Shown piece after piece: positions 43,128 through 52,153 of a stretch of 62,054 bases of DNA (position 1 is the first letter of the stretch; every line of letters begins with the position of its first letter). This DNA is from Candidatus Limnocylindria bacterium (GTDB lineage Bacteria; Chloroflexota; Limnocylindria; P2-11E), in contig DASWFN010000086.1 of the NCBI GenBank assembly GCA_036394215.1, forward strand, positions 1 to 62,054, read 5' to 3'. The notes beneath the pieces were generated by a model. The model was not told the origin of the DNA, ran no database searches, and worked only from the letters and a program-made list of their open reading frames with translations. The translations under genes and the position numbers were made by a program.

Positions 43128-43984
43128 AGGTCGCCTACCAGGGACTCGCCGGGGCGTACTCCGAGGCCGCGACCGTCGCGCTGTTCCCCCAGGACACGCC
43201 GGTCCCATCGCGCACGTTCGGCGATGTCTTCGCGGCGCTCGAATCGAGCACCGTCGGAGCCGCGGTCGTGCCCGTGGAGAACACCCACGTCGGCTCGGTC
43301 GTCGACGTGTACGACCTCCTTCGCGGCCACGCCGGACTGCAGGTCGTCGCCGAGGCGATCGTGCGCGTTCGGCACTGCCTCCTCGCCCGGTCCGGCGCGA
43401 CGCTGGAGACCATCACGAGCGCGCGGTCGCACCCGCAGGCGCTTGCGCAGGTCGACGACTACCTCCGCGCGCACCACATCGAGCCGGTCGTCGCGTACGA
43501 CACTGCCGGCGCCGCGGCCGAGGTCGCCGCCGGCGAGGACGCGACCGTCGCCGCGGTCGCGAGCAAGCGCGCGGCGCGCGAGTACGGCCTCACCGTCCTC
43601 GCCGAGGCGATCGAGACGACACCGGACAACTTCACGCGCTTCTTCGCTCTCGCGCGGCGCGGCGACGACTACCCCGCGAACCGCGTGCCCGAAGAGCTGC
43701 GCTCGGGCCCGCGGAAGACGAGCCTCGCGTACGCGACCGCGAACTCGCCCGGCGCGCTGACCCGCTCGCTGCAGCCGTTCGCGACGGCCGGGCTCCAGCT
43801 CACGAAGATCGAGTCGCGCCCGAGCCGCGCGGCCCCCTGGGACTACGTCTTCTACCTCGACTTCGAGGGTGACCCGGTGCGTACGCCCGCGACCGAGGCG
43901 ATCGCGCTCATGAAGACGTGCTGCGCCTGGGTCCAGGTGCTCGGCACCTATCGCGCCGCGACAAAGGTGCTCGAGCCCGACTAG
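43124..43984 (+). CDS. pheA: Prephenate dehydratase with C-terminal ACT domain (286 aa)
   Basis: MKVAYQGLAGAYSE...VPVENTHVGSV...TRFF...SLAYATANSPGAL...LTKIESRP...YVFYLDFEG. ATGA overlap with ilvE. Confidence 0.85.
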   Translation: MKVAYQGLAGAYSEAATVALFPQDTPVPSRTFGDVFAALESSTVGAAVVPVENTHVGSVVDVYDLLRGHAGLQVVAEAIVRVRHCLLARSGATLETITSARSHPQALAQVDDYLRAHHIEPVVAYDTAGAAAEVAAGEDATVAAVASKRAAREYGLTVLAEAIETTPDNFTRFFALARRGDDYPANRVPEELRSGPRKTSLAYATANSPGALTRSLQPFATAGLQLTKIESRPSRAAPWDYVFYLDFEGDPVRTPATEAIALMKTCCAWVQVLGTYRAATKVLEPD

Positions 43985-43993
43985 AACGCGAAA

Positions 43994-44015
43994 GGCGCCG
44001 CTCTCACGCGGCGCC
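43994..44015. terminator. Hairpin between convergent pheA and secreted-protein gene
   Basis: GGCGCCGC-TCTCAC-GCGGCGCC, an 8-bp stem. No clear U-tract. Confidence 0.35.
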
Positions 44016-44043
44016 AGTCGCGAAGGAGGGAGGTGTGGATCGT

Positions 44044-44691
44044 CTAGCTGGTGGGCTTCGGCGTGGTCGTCGGCTTCACCGGCTTGGTGGTCGTCGTGCC
44101 GGTCGCGGCCTTCGGGTCGCGCTTGTGGTCGACGATCTTGACGATCGCCTCTTTGATCTTCGGGGCGAGCTCGTCGGCCTGGGCCTGGGTGAGCTTGCCG
44201 GTGGCGACGGCGTCCTTCAGACGGTCGCCGGCCTTCGCGTCGAGGGCGTCGACGAGGCCGTCGCGCGACTTGCCGGTCGTGGCGTTCGCGATCTCGCCGA
44301 GGCTCTTCCCCGAGGCGAGGTCCTTCTTCACCTGGTCCGCCGGGAGGCCGAGGTACGCGACGCTCTCCTGCACCACGTCGCCGACGAGCTCGCGCAGCTT
44401 CGGGTGGTCCTTCTTGTCGTGCTGCGAAAGGGCGGCGATGATCGCGTCCTCCTGGGCCTGGGTGATCACGTTCTTCGCGACGAGGGCGTCGAGCGCGGCC
44501 TTGAGACGGGCGTTGCCCTTCTCGTCGTTCGCGAGCGTGGTGCCCGTGTTCGGGGCGGTCATCGCGACGATGTCGCTGGTGGCCGGGGTCGCCGCGAATG
44601 CGACACCGCTCAACAGGCCGGCGCCGAGGAAGCCCGCGGTCGCGATCGCGACGGTCTTCGAGCGAAGGATCGAGGCTGCGTTCATGTCCAT
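44044..44691 (-). CDS. Secreted helical protein with internal repeat and Thr/Pro/Lys-rich tail, function unknown
   Basis: Signal-like N-terminus TVAIATAGFLGAGLLSGVAFAATPA. Repeated segments (VITQAQEDAIIAAL / KLTQAQADELAPKI). C-terminal tail TGTTTTKPVKPTTTPKPTS. Confidence 0.6.
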   Translation of the reverse strand: MDMNAASILRSKTVAIATAGFLGAGLLSGVAFAATPATSDIVAMTAPNTGTTLANDEKGNARLKAALDALVAKNVITQAQEDAIIAALSQHDKKDHPKLRELVGDVVQESVAYLGLPADQVKKDLASGKSLGEIANATTGKSRDGLVDALDAKAGDRLKDAVATGKLTQAQADELAPKIKEAIVKIVDHKRDPKAATGTTTTKPVKPTTTPKPTS

Positions 44692-44777
44692 CGTTCTCCG
44701 TACTGCCCGTCTTCGCGGGCGTTTCTCATACGGGCTATCGCACGGACAGGCCGGGAGTTGCGGTCCGCCGCGACCTC

Positions 44778-45671
44778 TTACACGCCGTTAACAGGTCGCC
44801 GCGCGTCCGGCGCGAAGACTCGGAGCGCGTTCGGTCGGCAGACGAACGTCTGCGGCAGCGTGCCGACGACGATCCCGTCGGCGTGCGCCTTGAGCTCACG
44901 GGTCGCGGTGAACGTGATCCGGGCGCCGCGGAACCGGCGGCCTCGAGCGGGGCGGTCGCGATCGAGCGCAGCGGCCACGAGCTCCCGCAGGACCCGCAGC
45001 CGGCTGTCGCCGAAGAGCACGAGGTCGAGCTTGCCGTCGTCGAGGATGGCGTTCGGCGCGACCTCGAAGCCCCAGCCGTACCACGGGCCGTTGCTCACCA
45101 CCGCCTGCAGGACCCGTTGCCAGCGAGCGCGTCCGTCGACCTCGATCTTCACGCGCGCGCTGCGCTGGCGGACGAGCGCGCGCAACGCCGCGAGCGCGAG
45201 GCCGCGCTGACCGCGCTGGATCGCGCGGCCCGCGCTGAACGCGTCCGCGTCGAGGCCGATCCCCGCTGCCTCGATGAAGACCTGCCCGCCCACTTCGCCG
45301 ACGTCGATGGTGCGCATCTCCGACCGCGCGATGAGACGGGCGGCGGCCGCCGGATCGTCTCGCGGGATCTCGAGCGCCCGCGCGATGTTCATGAACGATC
45401 CGAACGGAAGGATGCCGAGCGTGACGTCGGTGCCGACGAGTGCGCGAGCCACCGCGCCGACCGTGCCGTCGCCGCCCGCCGCGATGGCGACGTCGTAGCC
45501 ATCGCGAACGGCGCGCTCGCCGAGCTCGGCGGCGGTCGGGTGGTCGAGCTGGGTCTCGACGACATCGATCGTCTCGAAGCGCTCGCGGAGAAGACCGAGG
45601 AGCGAGTTCACGTCGGCACTCGCGGTACCACCCCCGGCGGCTGGATTCACGATCGCGAGCGCGCGCGCCAT
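44778..45671 (-). CDS. Diacylglycerol kinase-like lipid kinase (YegS/BmrU family), 297 aa
   Basis: MARALAIVNPAAGGG...AAGGDGTVGAVA...GILPFGSFMNIAR. Start re-set to ATG 45671. Confidence 0.8.
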   Translation of the reverse strand: MARALAIVNPAAGGGTASADVNSLLGLLRERFETIDVVETQLDHPTAAELGERAVRDGYDVAIAAGGDGTVGAVARALVGTDVTLGILPFGSFMNIARALEIPRDDPAAAARLIARSEMRTIDVGEVGGQVFIEAAGIGLDADAFSAGRAIQRGQRGLALAALRALVRQRSARVKIEVDGRARWQRVLQAVVSNGPWYGWGFEVAPNAILDDGKLDLVLFGDSRLRVLRELVAAALDRDRPARGRRFRGARITFTATRELKAHADGIVVGTLPQTFVCRPNALRVFAPDARRPVNGV

Positions 45672-45690
45672 GCGCGCTTCAGTGTGGGGG

Positions 45691-47658
45691 CTAGAAGCGC
45701 GGAATGAAGCGCGGTCCGATCGGCGCGAGCGTCGGCGCGGAGGTCGGAGCCGGCGTTGGAGCCGGCGTCGCGAGCAGGATCGGATCGATCGCCGGCCTGA
45801 ACGTGATCGTCGGGGCGAGCGTCGGCGCAGGCGTCGGTGCTGGCGACGGCGTCGCCAGCAGGATCGGGTCGATCGCCGGCCTGAACGTGATCGTCGGGGC
45901 GAGGGTCGGCGCAGGCGTGGGAACCGGTATCGGCGTCGCCAGCAGGATCGGATCGATCGCCGGCTTGAACGTGATGACCGGCGCAAGGGTCGGCCCAGGT
46001 GTGGGGACCGGCGCCGGCGTCGCCGGCACGATCGGATCGAGCGCCGGCCTCAGGATCGGTGCGACCGTCGGCGCCGGCGGAGCCGTCGGCGCGAAGACAT
46101 CGGCCGGCGGTGCGAAGCCGGGCACGATGCGAGGCGCCGGCACGGGTGTGGGCTTCACCTCCGCGCCGGGGATCACTTCGGGCGGCGCCGGCGGTGTGCT
46201 GGTGACTTGCGGGATGGCGACCGGAATGGGCGTGGCGAACGCGCCGCGGCCCGGTACGACCGCGCCGCTCGCCTCGGGCGGCAGAGCGATGTGCGGCGGG
46301 AGGGTGAAGATCGGTCCCCGCGTCGGACCGGCGGTGGCCAGCGGGACGATGCCGCTGGTCACAGCCGGAGGCGTCGGCACCGTGAAGACGTTCTCGATGG
46401 GACTCGTGAGCGTGATCACGCCGCTGTTCACCGCCTCGGTCACGACGCCCGTCGACGTCGCGGTCGCTGTCGAGATGGTCTGGAACGGGATGAACGCCGC
46501 GATCGTGACGTCAAGCGCCTTCGACACGTCGACCGGCGTGATCGGCAGGTTGACCGGGCCGCCCGTCGGCACGGGCGCCGCGGTGATCGCCGGCGCGGTG
46601 GTGGGCGTGCTCTGGAAGATGCCGGTCGGCGCGACCGGCGCCTTTCCGATGTGCGGATCCGGCGCATTCTTCGCGTCGCTGTTCGGCACGAGCAGCAGGC
46701 CGGTGTCGGTCACGACGACCGCGCCCTTCGCGGTGCCGTTCTCGACCGGCCGCGCGGTCAGGCTGTTCGCGACCACGCCGACGTCCTTGATCGAGACCTG
46801 CGTCTGCACGGTGACCGCATCCGGGGTCGCGGCGCCCGCGGGCGTCGCGTCGGGCTTGATGTTCGTGCTCAGCACGCCGAGCTGCGCGTTCGGGATCGTC
46901 ACGACGAGCTTGCCGCCGACGACCTCGACCTTCGAGCCCGGGATGTAGCGGACCGGCTGGCCGTTCTGCACGCCGACACCGCGGCCGTTCGCGTCGGTCA
47001 CGATGGCGTTCTGGGTGAGGTCGACCGTGATCTTCACCGTGGCCGCGGGCTCCGGCGCGGGCTGCGGCTGCGGAGGCGGCGAACCCTGGGTGACCGCGGT
47101 GACCTGGCCCGCGAGGACGTGGACCTCGCTGCCCTGCGCGGTCGTCGCGACGTCACCATCGGTCGTGATCGTGCTCGTCGTGCCGTCGGCCAGCATCGCG
47201 ACCTCGAACGCCGTACCGCGGACCGCGGCGGTCGACGCGCCGGTCTTGATCTCGTACTTCGAATTCGCGCTCGCGAGGTGCGTGACGACGTGCCACGTGC
47301 GGCCGAACGCCTGGGTCATCTCGACGACCTTGTCGCCCGACGCGCTCGCCTGGAGCGTCGTGATCGTCACCTCGGTGTCCGGCTCGAGCTCGACGGTCGT
47401 GCCGTCGAAGAACGTGAGAACGCCGTGGCTGGCCTGGGCCGTCCGCACAGTGTCGCCGGCCGCCACCGTGTCGCCATCGGCGATCGCGGCGAATCCGCCG
47501 GCCCCGTGACGCACGAGCACCTGTCCATCGAGGACGGTGACGGTGCTCGAGTGCGCCTGCGCCGGCGTCGCGAAGAAGACCGCGATGAGACCGGTGCTGA
47601 TGAGCACGAACGCCAGCGTGGTCGCAACGAGGACGGCGCGGGTCCGCATTCTCTTCAT
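45691..47658 (-). CDS. Secreted/membrane-anchored FecR-domain protein with long Pro/Thr/Ala-rich repetitive C-terminus (~655 aa)
   Basis: Signal/anchor MKRMRTRAVLVATTLAFVLISTGLIAVFFATPAQA. FecR-like segment VLDGQVLVRHGAGGFAAIADGDTVAAGDTVRTAQASHGVLTFFDGTTVELEPDTEVTI. C-terminal 28-aa units PTLAPTITFRPAIDPILLATPxPxPTPA. Confidence 0.7.
   Translation of the reverse strand: MKRMRTRAVLVATTLAFVLISTGLIAVFFATPAQAHSSTVTVLDGQVLVRHGAGGFAAIADGDTVAAGDTVRTAQASHGVLTFFDGTTVELEPDTEVTITTLQASASGDKVVEMTQAFGRTWHVVTHLASANSKYEIKTGASTAAVRGTAFEVAMLADGTTSTITTDGDVATTAQGSEVHVLAGQVTAVTQGSPPPQPQPAPEPAATVKITVDLTQNAIVTDANGRGVGVQNGQPVRYIPGSKVEVVGGKLVVTIPNAQLGVLSTNIKPDATPAGAATPDAVTVQTQVSIKDVGVVANSLTARPVENGTAKGAVVVTDTGLLLVPNSDAKNAPDPHIGKAPVAPTGIFQSTPTTAPAITAAPVPTGGPVNLPITPVDVSKALDVTIAAFIPFQTISTATATSTGVVTEAVNSGVITLTSPIENVFTVPTPPAVTSGIVPLATAGPTRGPIFTLPPHIALPPEASGAVVPGRGAFATPIPVAIPQVTSTPPAPPEVIPGAEVKPTPVPAPRIVPGFAPPADVFAPTAPPAPTVAPILRPALDPIVPATPAPVPTPGPTLAPVITFKPAIDPILLATPIPVPTPAPTLAPTITFRPAIDPILLATPSPAPTPAPTLAPTITFRPAIDPILLATPAPTPAPTSAPTLAPIGPRFIPRF
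45773..46024. repeat. Three near-identical 84-bp tandem repeats (coding), with degenerate copies on both flanks
   Basis: The unit AGCAGGATCGG(A/G)TCGATCGCCGGC(C/T)TGAACGTGAT... restarts at 45773, 45857 and 45941. It lies inside the FecR-domain gene. Confidence 0.8.
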
Positions 47659-47748
47659 CCGAGCGCTGACCCTATGGATGGACATCGGAAGCGAACAGCA
47701 CGCGGGGCACGGCAGGAACGTGATGGCGGGCACGGTACGACCGGGCGG

Positions 47749-48438
47749 CTACGCCCCCAGGTAGGCCCGCGCCACGCCGGCGTCCTGTAACAGCGCCGGG
47801 CCGGTGCCGGACAGCGCGATGCGGCCGAGCTCGAGGACGTACGCGCGGTCCGCGAGCCGAAGCGCGCGCAGCGCGTTCTGTTCGACCAGCAGCATCGTCG
47901 TCCCGCTCGCCTTGAGCTCTGCCAGCACCGCGAAGACCGTCGCGACCATTTTCGGTGCGAGCCCCAGGGACGGCTCGTCGAGGAGGAGCACGCGGGGCTT
48001 CGCGAGCAGCGCCCGGGCGATCGCGAGGAGCTGCTGCTCGCCGCCGGACAGATTGCCGGCCGGGAGCGCGCGACGCTCGGCGAGGATCGGGAATCGCTCG
48101 TACACCGGACCGGCGTCGCGCGCGCCCGACAGCAGCAGGTTCTCGTGCACCGACATCGTGGCAAGGATCTCGCGGCCCTCCGGAACCTGGACCAGGCCCG
48201 CGCGCACGATCGCGTGCGGCGGCGCGCCGGTGACGTCGCGCCCGGCGAGCACGATGGCGCCACGCGCCGGCCGGACGAGGCCGGAGATCGCGGCGAGGGT
48301 GCTCGTCTTCCCCGCCCCGTTCGCCCCGATGAGCGCCACGACCTCGCCGTCGCGCACGTCGAACGAGACACCGTGCACCGCTTCGATGGACCCATAGCGG
48401 ACGACGAGATCGCGGACCTCGAGCATCGGCTCAGGCAT
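47749..48438 (-). CDS. livF: Branched-chain amino acid ABC transporter ATP-binding protein (LivF type)
   Basis: GANGAGKTS, LSGGEQQ, LLLDEPSLGLAP. Confidence 0.85.
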   Translation of the reverse strand: MPEPMLEVRDLVVRYGSIEAVHGVSFDVRDGEVVALIGANGAGKTSTLAAISGLVRPARGAIVLAGRDVTGAPPHAIVRAGLVQVPEGREILATMSVHENLLLSGARDAGPVYERFPILAERRALPAGNLSGGEQQLLAIARALLAKPRVLLLDEPSLGLAPKMVATVFAVLAELKASGTTMLLVEQNALRALRLADRAYVLELGRIALSGTGPALLQDAGVARAYLGA

Positions 48439-49138
48439 CGTCGCCCGCTCCGAGGTAGGCCTCGCGCACGACCGGGTCGCCCTGGATCTCCGCCGGCGTC
48501 CCCTCGGCGATCTTCCGGCCGAAGTTCAGGACCGCGACCCGCTCGGAAGCGCCCATGACGAGTCTCACATCGTGCTCGATGAGGATGATCGTGAGCCCCT
48601 CGGCCGCGAGGTTCCGCAGGAGCTCGCGTAGCGTCGCCGACTCCGTCGGGTTCATCCCGGCGGCCGGCTCGTCGAGGATCAGGAGGCGGGGTTCGGCCGC
48701 GAGCGCCCGCGCGATCTCGAGCCGCCGCTGGTCTCCGTATGCGAGCTCGCCGGCGAGCGCGTCCGCGCGCGCCGTGAGCTCGAGCCGCTCGAGGAGGCGC
48801 TTCGCCTTGACCGGCGAGCTGCCGCGGACGAATCCGCCGACGAGCACGTTCTCGAGGACCGTCAATCCTTTGAAGAGCCGGATCGCCTGGAACGTGCGCG
48901 CGATGCCGCGGCGTGCGAGCCGGTGCGGCGGGAGCCGGGTGATGTCTTCGCCGGCGAATCGGATGGTGCCCTCATCGGCGCGGAAGTGCCCGGAGATGAG
49001 ATTGATGAGCGTGGTCTTGCCCGCGCCGTTCGGGCCGATGAGCCCGAATACCTGCCTCTCGGGGATCGCGAGGTCGATCGTGTTCACCGCGACGACGCCG
49101 CCGAACCGCTTGGTCAGCGAGCGGGTCTCAAGCAACAT
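48431..49138 (-). CDS. livG: Branched-chain amino acid ABC transporter ATP-binding protein (LivG type)
   Basis: GPNGAGKTT, YGDQRRLEIARAL, LILDEPAAGMNP. Confidence 0.85.
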   Translation of the reverse strand: MLLETRSLTKRFGGVVAVNTIDLAIPERQVFGLIGPNGAGKTTLINLISGHFRADEGTIRFAGEDITRLPPHRLARRGIARTFQAIRLFKGLTVLENVLVGGFVRGSSPVKAKRLLERLELTARADALAGELAYGDQRRLEIARALAAEPRLLILDEPAAGMNPTESATLRELLRNLAAEGLTIILIEHDVRLVMGASERVAVLNFGRKIAEGTPAEIQGDPVVREAYLGAGDDA

Positions 49139-50000
49139 CTTCGGCCCCCACGCGGCGAAGCCGCAGCGTTCGCCGGAGATCCAGGAGCGTCGCGAGGCCG
49201 CGGGGCAGGTACACGATGACGAGGACGAGGATCACCCCCTGGAAGATGTCGCGGAACTCCTGCAGCGGCTGGAGCACCGCGGGCAGCGCGGTGAGGAGGA
49301 CCGCGCCGAGGATCGGTCCGAGCACGTTCGGGATCCCACCGACGACGGCGAACACGAGGATCTGCACGGCGCGCGCGAAGCCGAACTCGTCCGCCTGGAT
49401 CGCGAAGTCGAAGTGCGCGGCGAGCCCTCCGGCCCAGCCTGCGATGAGGGCACCCATCACGAACGCGGCGAGCTTGTAGCGATGGACCGGGATGCCCTGG
49501 CTCGACGCGGCGATCTCGTCCTCGCGGATCGCGGCCCACGCCCGGCCCGCGGTCGAGACCCGCAACCGCGCGCAGACCGCCGCCACGACGACGAGCGAGA
49601 GGAAGATCTGCCAGACCTCCGTCTTCGGCGGGATGCCGACCAGCCCCTGCCCCTTCCCCGTGATCGGAATGGCGAGGATCGCGACGCGGACGACCTCGCC
49701 GAACGCGAGCGTGGCGATCGCGAGGTAGACGCCGCGCAACCGGAACACGGTCGCGCCGAGCGGGACCGAGACGAGCGCCGCAAGCAGCGCGCCGCAGAGG
49801 AGCGCGAGGGGGAACGGGAAGTCGGCTTTCATCGTGAGCAGCGCCGAGCTGTACGCGGCGATGCCGGCGAACGCCGCGTTCCCGAGCGTGAGCTGGCCGG
49901 TGTACAGCGTGAGCCAGACCGAGAGCGCGAGCATCGAGTTGAGGCCGATGAAGCCGATCGTCGTCTGGTACGCGTCAAAGAACTGCTGGATCTCGTCCAT
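49128..50000 (-). CDS. livM: Branched-chain amino acid ABC transporter permease (LivM type)
   Basis: 290-aa polytopic ORF with a GQLTLGNAAFAGIAAY type N-terminus. Overlaps neighbouring genes. Confidence 0.85.
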   Translation of the reverse strand: MDEIQQFFDAYQTTIGFIGLNSMLALSVWLTLYTGQLTLGNAAFAGIAAYSSALLTMKADFPFPLALLCGALLAALVSVPLGATVFRLRGVYLAIATLAFGEVVRVAILAIPITGKGQGLVGIPPKTEVWQIFLSLVVVAAVCARLRVSTAGRAWAAIREDEIAASSQGIPVHRYKLAAFVMGALIAGWAGGLAAHFDFAIQADEFGFARAVQILVFAVVGGIPNVLGPILGAVLLTALPAVLQPLQEFRDIFQGVILVLVIVYLPRGLATLLDLRRTLRLRRVGAEDVA

Positions 50001-50875
50001 CAGACCCGGTCCACCGCTCGCTGCCCGAGGATCCCGCGCGGCCGCACGAGCAGCACGACGAAGAGCAGCCCGAAGGCGAAGGCGTCACGCAGCTCGCTCG
50101 GCAGGACCGCGAGGCTCGCGATCTCGCCGAAGCTCAGGAGGTACGCGCCGAGGACCGCTCCGGGGATGCTTCCCATGCCGCCGACGACCATGACCGCGAA
50201 CGCCTTGAGCTCGAAGCTCAGGCCCATCTGCGAGAACGGCGAATTCGTCGCGAAGCCGTAGAGGACGCCCGCGACGCCGCCGAGCCCCGCGGAAAGGAAG
50301 AAGGTCGCGGCGATCGCGCGGTCGACATCGATGCCGAGGAGCCGCGCGGCCTTCGGGTTCTCCGCGAGCGCGCGGAGCTCGCGCCCGAGCCGGGTGCGGC
50401 GCACGAGATACGTGAGCCCGAGCATGAGCGCGATCGCGAGGGCGATGATCAGACTGCGCAGCGTGTCGAGCTGCAGGCCGCCGGCCGAGAACACCGCCGC
50501 CGGAAGCGATCCGGCCGGGTACGCCTGCAGGTCCGGGCCGTATTTCAGCTGGATGAGCCGGATGACGATGAGCGACACGCCAATGCTCGAGATCATCGCC
50601 GAGAGCGGCGGTGCGTTGCGCTTGCGCAGCGGCGCGAACGCGACGCGATCGAGGAGCACGCCCGCTGCGCCGCAGACCACGAACGCGAGCACGGCGGCCG
50701 GGACCGCGGGGATGCCCTGCTGCATCGCGAAGAGCGCGGTGAACGCGCCGAGGGTGAACAGGGCCGGGTGGGCGAGGTTGAGGATGTCGAGCACGGAGAA
50801 CACGAGGGTGAAGCCGAGGGCGAAGAGGGCGTAGATGCTGCCGATGAAGACGGCGTTGTAGATCTGGTCGGCCAC
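50000..50875 (-). CDS. livH: Branched-chain amino acid ABC transporter permease (LivH type)
   Basis: 291-aa polytopic ORF with IGSIYALFALGFTLVFSVLDILNLAH. GTG start. Confidence 0.85.
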   Translation of the reverse strand: MADQIYNAVFIGSIYALFALGFTLVFSVLDILNLAHPALFTLGAFTALFAMQQGIPAVPAAVLAFVVCGAAGVLLDRVAFAPLRKRNAPPLSAMISSIGVSLIVIRLIQLKYGPDLQAYPAGSLPAAVFSAGGLQLDTLRSLIIALAIALMLGLTYLVRRTRLGRELRALAENPKAARLLGIDVDRAIAATFFLSAGLGGVAGVLYGFATNSPFSQMGLSFELKAFAVMVVGGMGSIPGAVLGAYLLSFGEIASLAVLPSELRDAFAFGLLFVVLLVRPRGILGQRAVDRV

Positions 50876-50887
50876 GGCGAGAGGTTA

Positions 50888-50914
50888 GCGGGCGGGGCTC
50901 AACGCCCCGCCCGC
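50888..50914 (-). other. Intercistronic GC hairpin between livJ-like SBP gene and livH
   Basis: GCGGGCGGGGC-TCAAC-GCCCCGCCCGC, a perfect 11-bp stem with no U-tract. Confidence 0.4.
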
Positions 50915-50921
50915 CCCATCC

Positions 50922-52100
50922 CTAATTGATCTGGGTGAAGACGCCGTTCTTGACCTGGACGACGTAGACCTTCTGGTTCACGTCGTGCGACGAGTTGAAC
51001 GAGAACTCCCCGAGCGGCGTCTTCACGCCGGTCGTGAGCTCGATCTGGGCGCGGAGCTTGTCGTGCAGGACGCTCGTCACGCCCGGCGTGCGCCTCAGCG
51101 CGTCGAGCAGGATGTAGAGCCCCGAGTACGCCTGCGCCGCGAACTGGTCCGGGTCCACGTTGAACTTCGCCTTGTAGGCCGCGACGAAGTCCTTGTTCAC
51201 CGGATCGGGATTCCCGAGGTACCAGGCGGTGCCCGAAACGGCACCTTCGGCGGCCGCGCCGGCCGAGGCGATGATCGCCGGCGTGTTGAAGCCGTTGCCG
51301 CCGATCACGAGCATGCCCGGCTTGCGCTTGTTGACCTCTTTCAGCACGAGGACCGCCGGGCCCGCAAGCGAGCTGTCGACGATCGCGTCGGGCGACTCGG
51401 CGAGCGCCGCGGTGACCTGCGCCGAGAGATCGACGTCGTTCTTCGAGAACGCGATCTCCTTCTTGATCGTGATACCCGACGACTCGAGATTCTTCTTGAA
51501 GATCGCGAAGCCGTCGGAGCTGAACTTGTCGTCCTGCGCGTACATGAGCACGACGCTCTTCACGTTCAGCTTCGACTTCGCGATGCTGACCGTCTGCGGG
51601 ATCGCCGTCGACTCGCCGAGCGACGCGCGGAAGATGTAGTCGCACGGGCCGTAGCTGCACTTGCCGACGATGCCGTCACCGGTGTTCGAGATCGCTATCA
51701 CCGGGGTCTGCGCGCTCTGCGCGACCGGGTGCGCCGCGACCGCGGTGCCCGACAGCGTCGGGCCGAGGATCGCGACGACGCGGTCCTGGCTCACCTGCTT
51801 GCGGAAGGCGGTGACGCCGCCGTCGGTCGTCGACTGGTCGTCGTCGATCACGAGCACGATCTTCGCGCCGTTCACGCCGCCCGCGGCGTTGATCCGCTCC
51901 GCCGCGAGCTGGACGCCGTTGCGCTGGGTCGGGCCATACACGTTGCCGACGCCCGTCAGCGAGATGACCACGCCGACCTTCACGTCGGCCTTTGGCGCCG
52001 CCGTCCCCGCCGACGCGCTCGGGCCGGGTGTCGCTGTCCCGCCGCACGCGGCGAGCGTGATCGCGGCCGCGCCCAACGCGCCAAGGATCCGCCTATCCAT
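50922..52100 (-). CDS. livJ: Branched-chain amino acid ABC transporter substrate-binding lipoprotein (LivJ/K type, PBP1)
   Basis: Lipobox AITLAACGG and a type-1 periplasmic binding fold pattern (VKVGVVISLTG...YGP...). Confidence 0.85.
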   Translation of the reverse strand: MDRRILGALGAAAITLAACGGTATPGPSASAGTAAPKADVKVGVVISLTGVGNVYGPTQRNGVQLAAERINAAGGVNGAKIVLVIDDDQSTTDGGVTAFRKQVSQDRVVAILGPTLSGTAVAAHPVAQSAQTPVIAISNTGDGIVGKCSYGPCDYIFRASLGESTAIPQTVSIAKSKLNVKSVVLMYAQDDKFSSDGFAIFKKNLESSGITIKKEIAFSKNDVDLSAQVTAALAESPDAIVDSSLAGPAVLVLKEVNKRKPGMLVIGGNGFNTPAIIASAGAAAEGAVSGTAWYLGNPDPVNKDFVAAYKAKFNVDPDQFAAQAYSGLYILLDALRRTPGVTSVLHDKLRAQIELTTGVKTPLGEFSFNSSHDVNQKVYVVQVKNGVFTQIN

Positions 52101-52153
52101 CAGGACTCCCCCTCACAAAACGCCTTGATCCCCGCCCGGGAAACACGGTCAGT

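Noticed and set aside
45773-46024. Regularly spaced 84-bp repeats considered as a possible CRISPR array
   Set aside because: The units are contiguous with no unique spacers. They are in frame inside a coding sequence and encode a 28-aa Pro/Thr-rich repeat. No cas genes are present.
45670-47790. 706-aa plus-strand ORF rich in R/D/G/E
   Set aside because: It is antisense to the FecR-domain gene, which has a signal peptide and a recognisable domain. Its composition is typical of a reverse-frame artefact.
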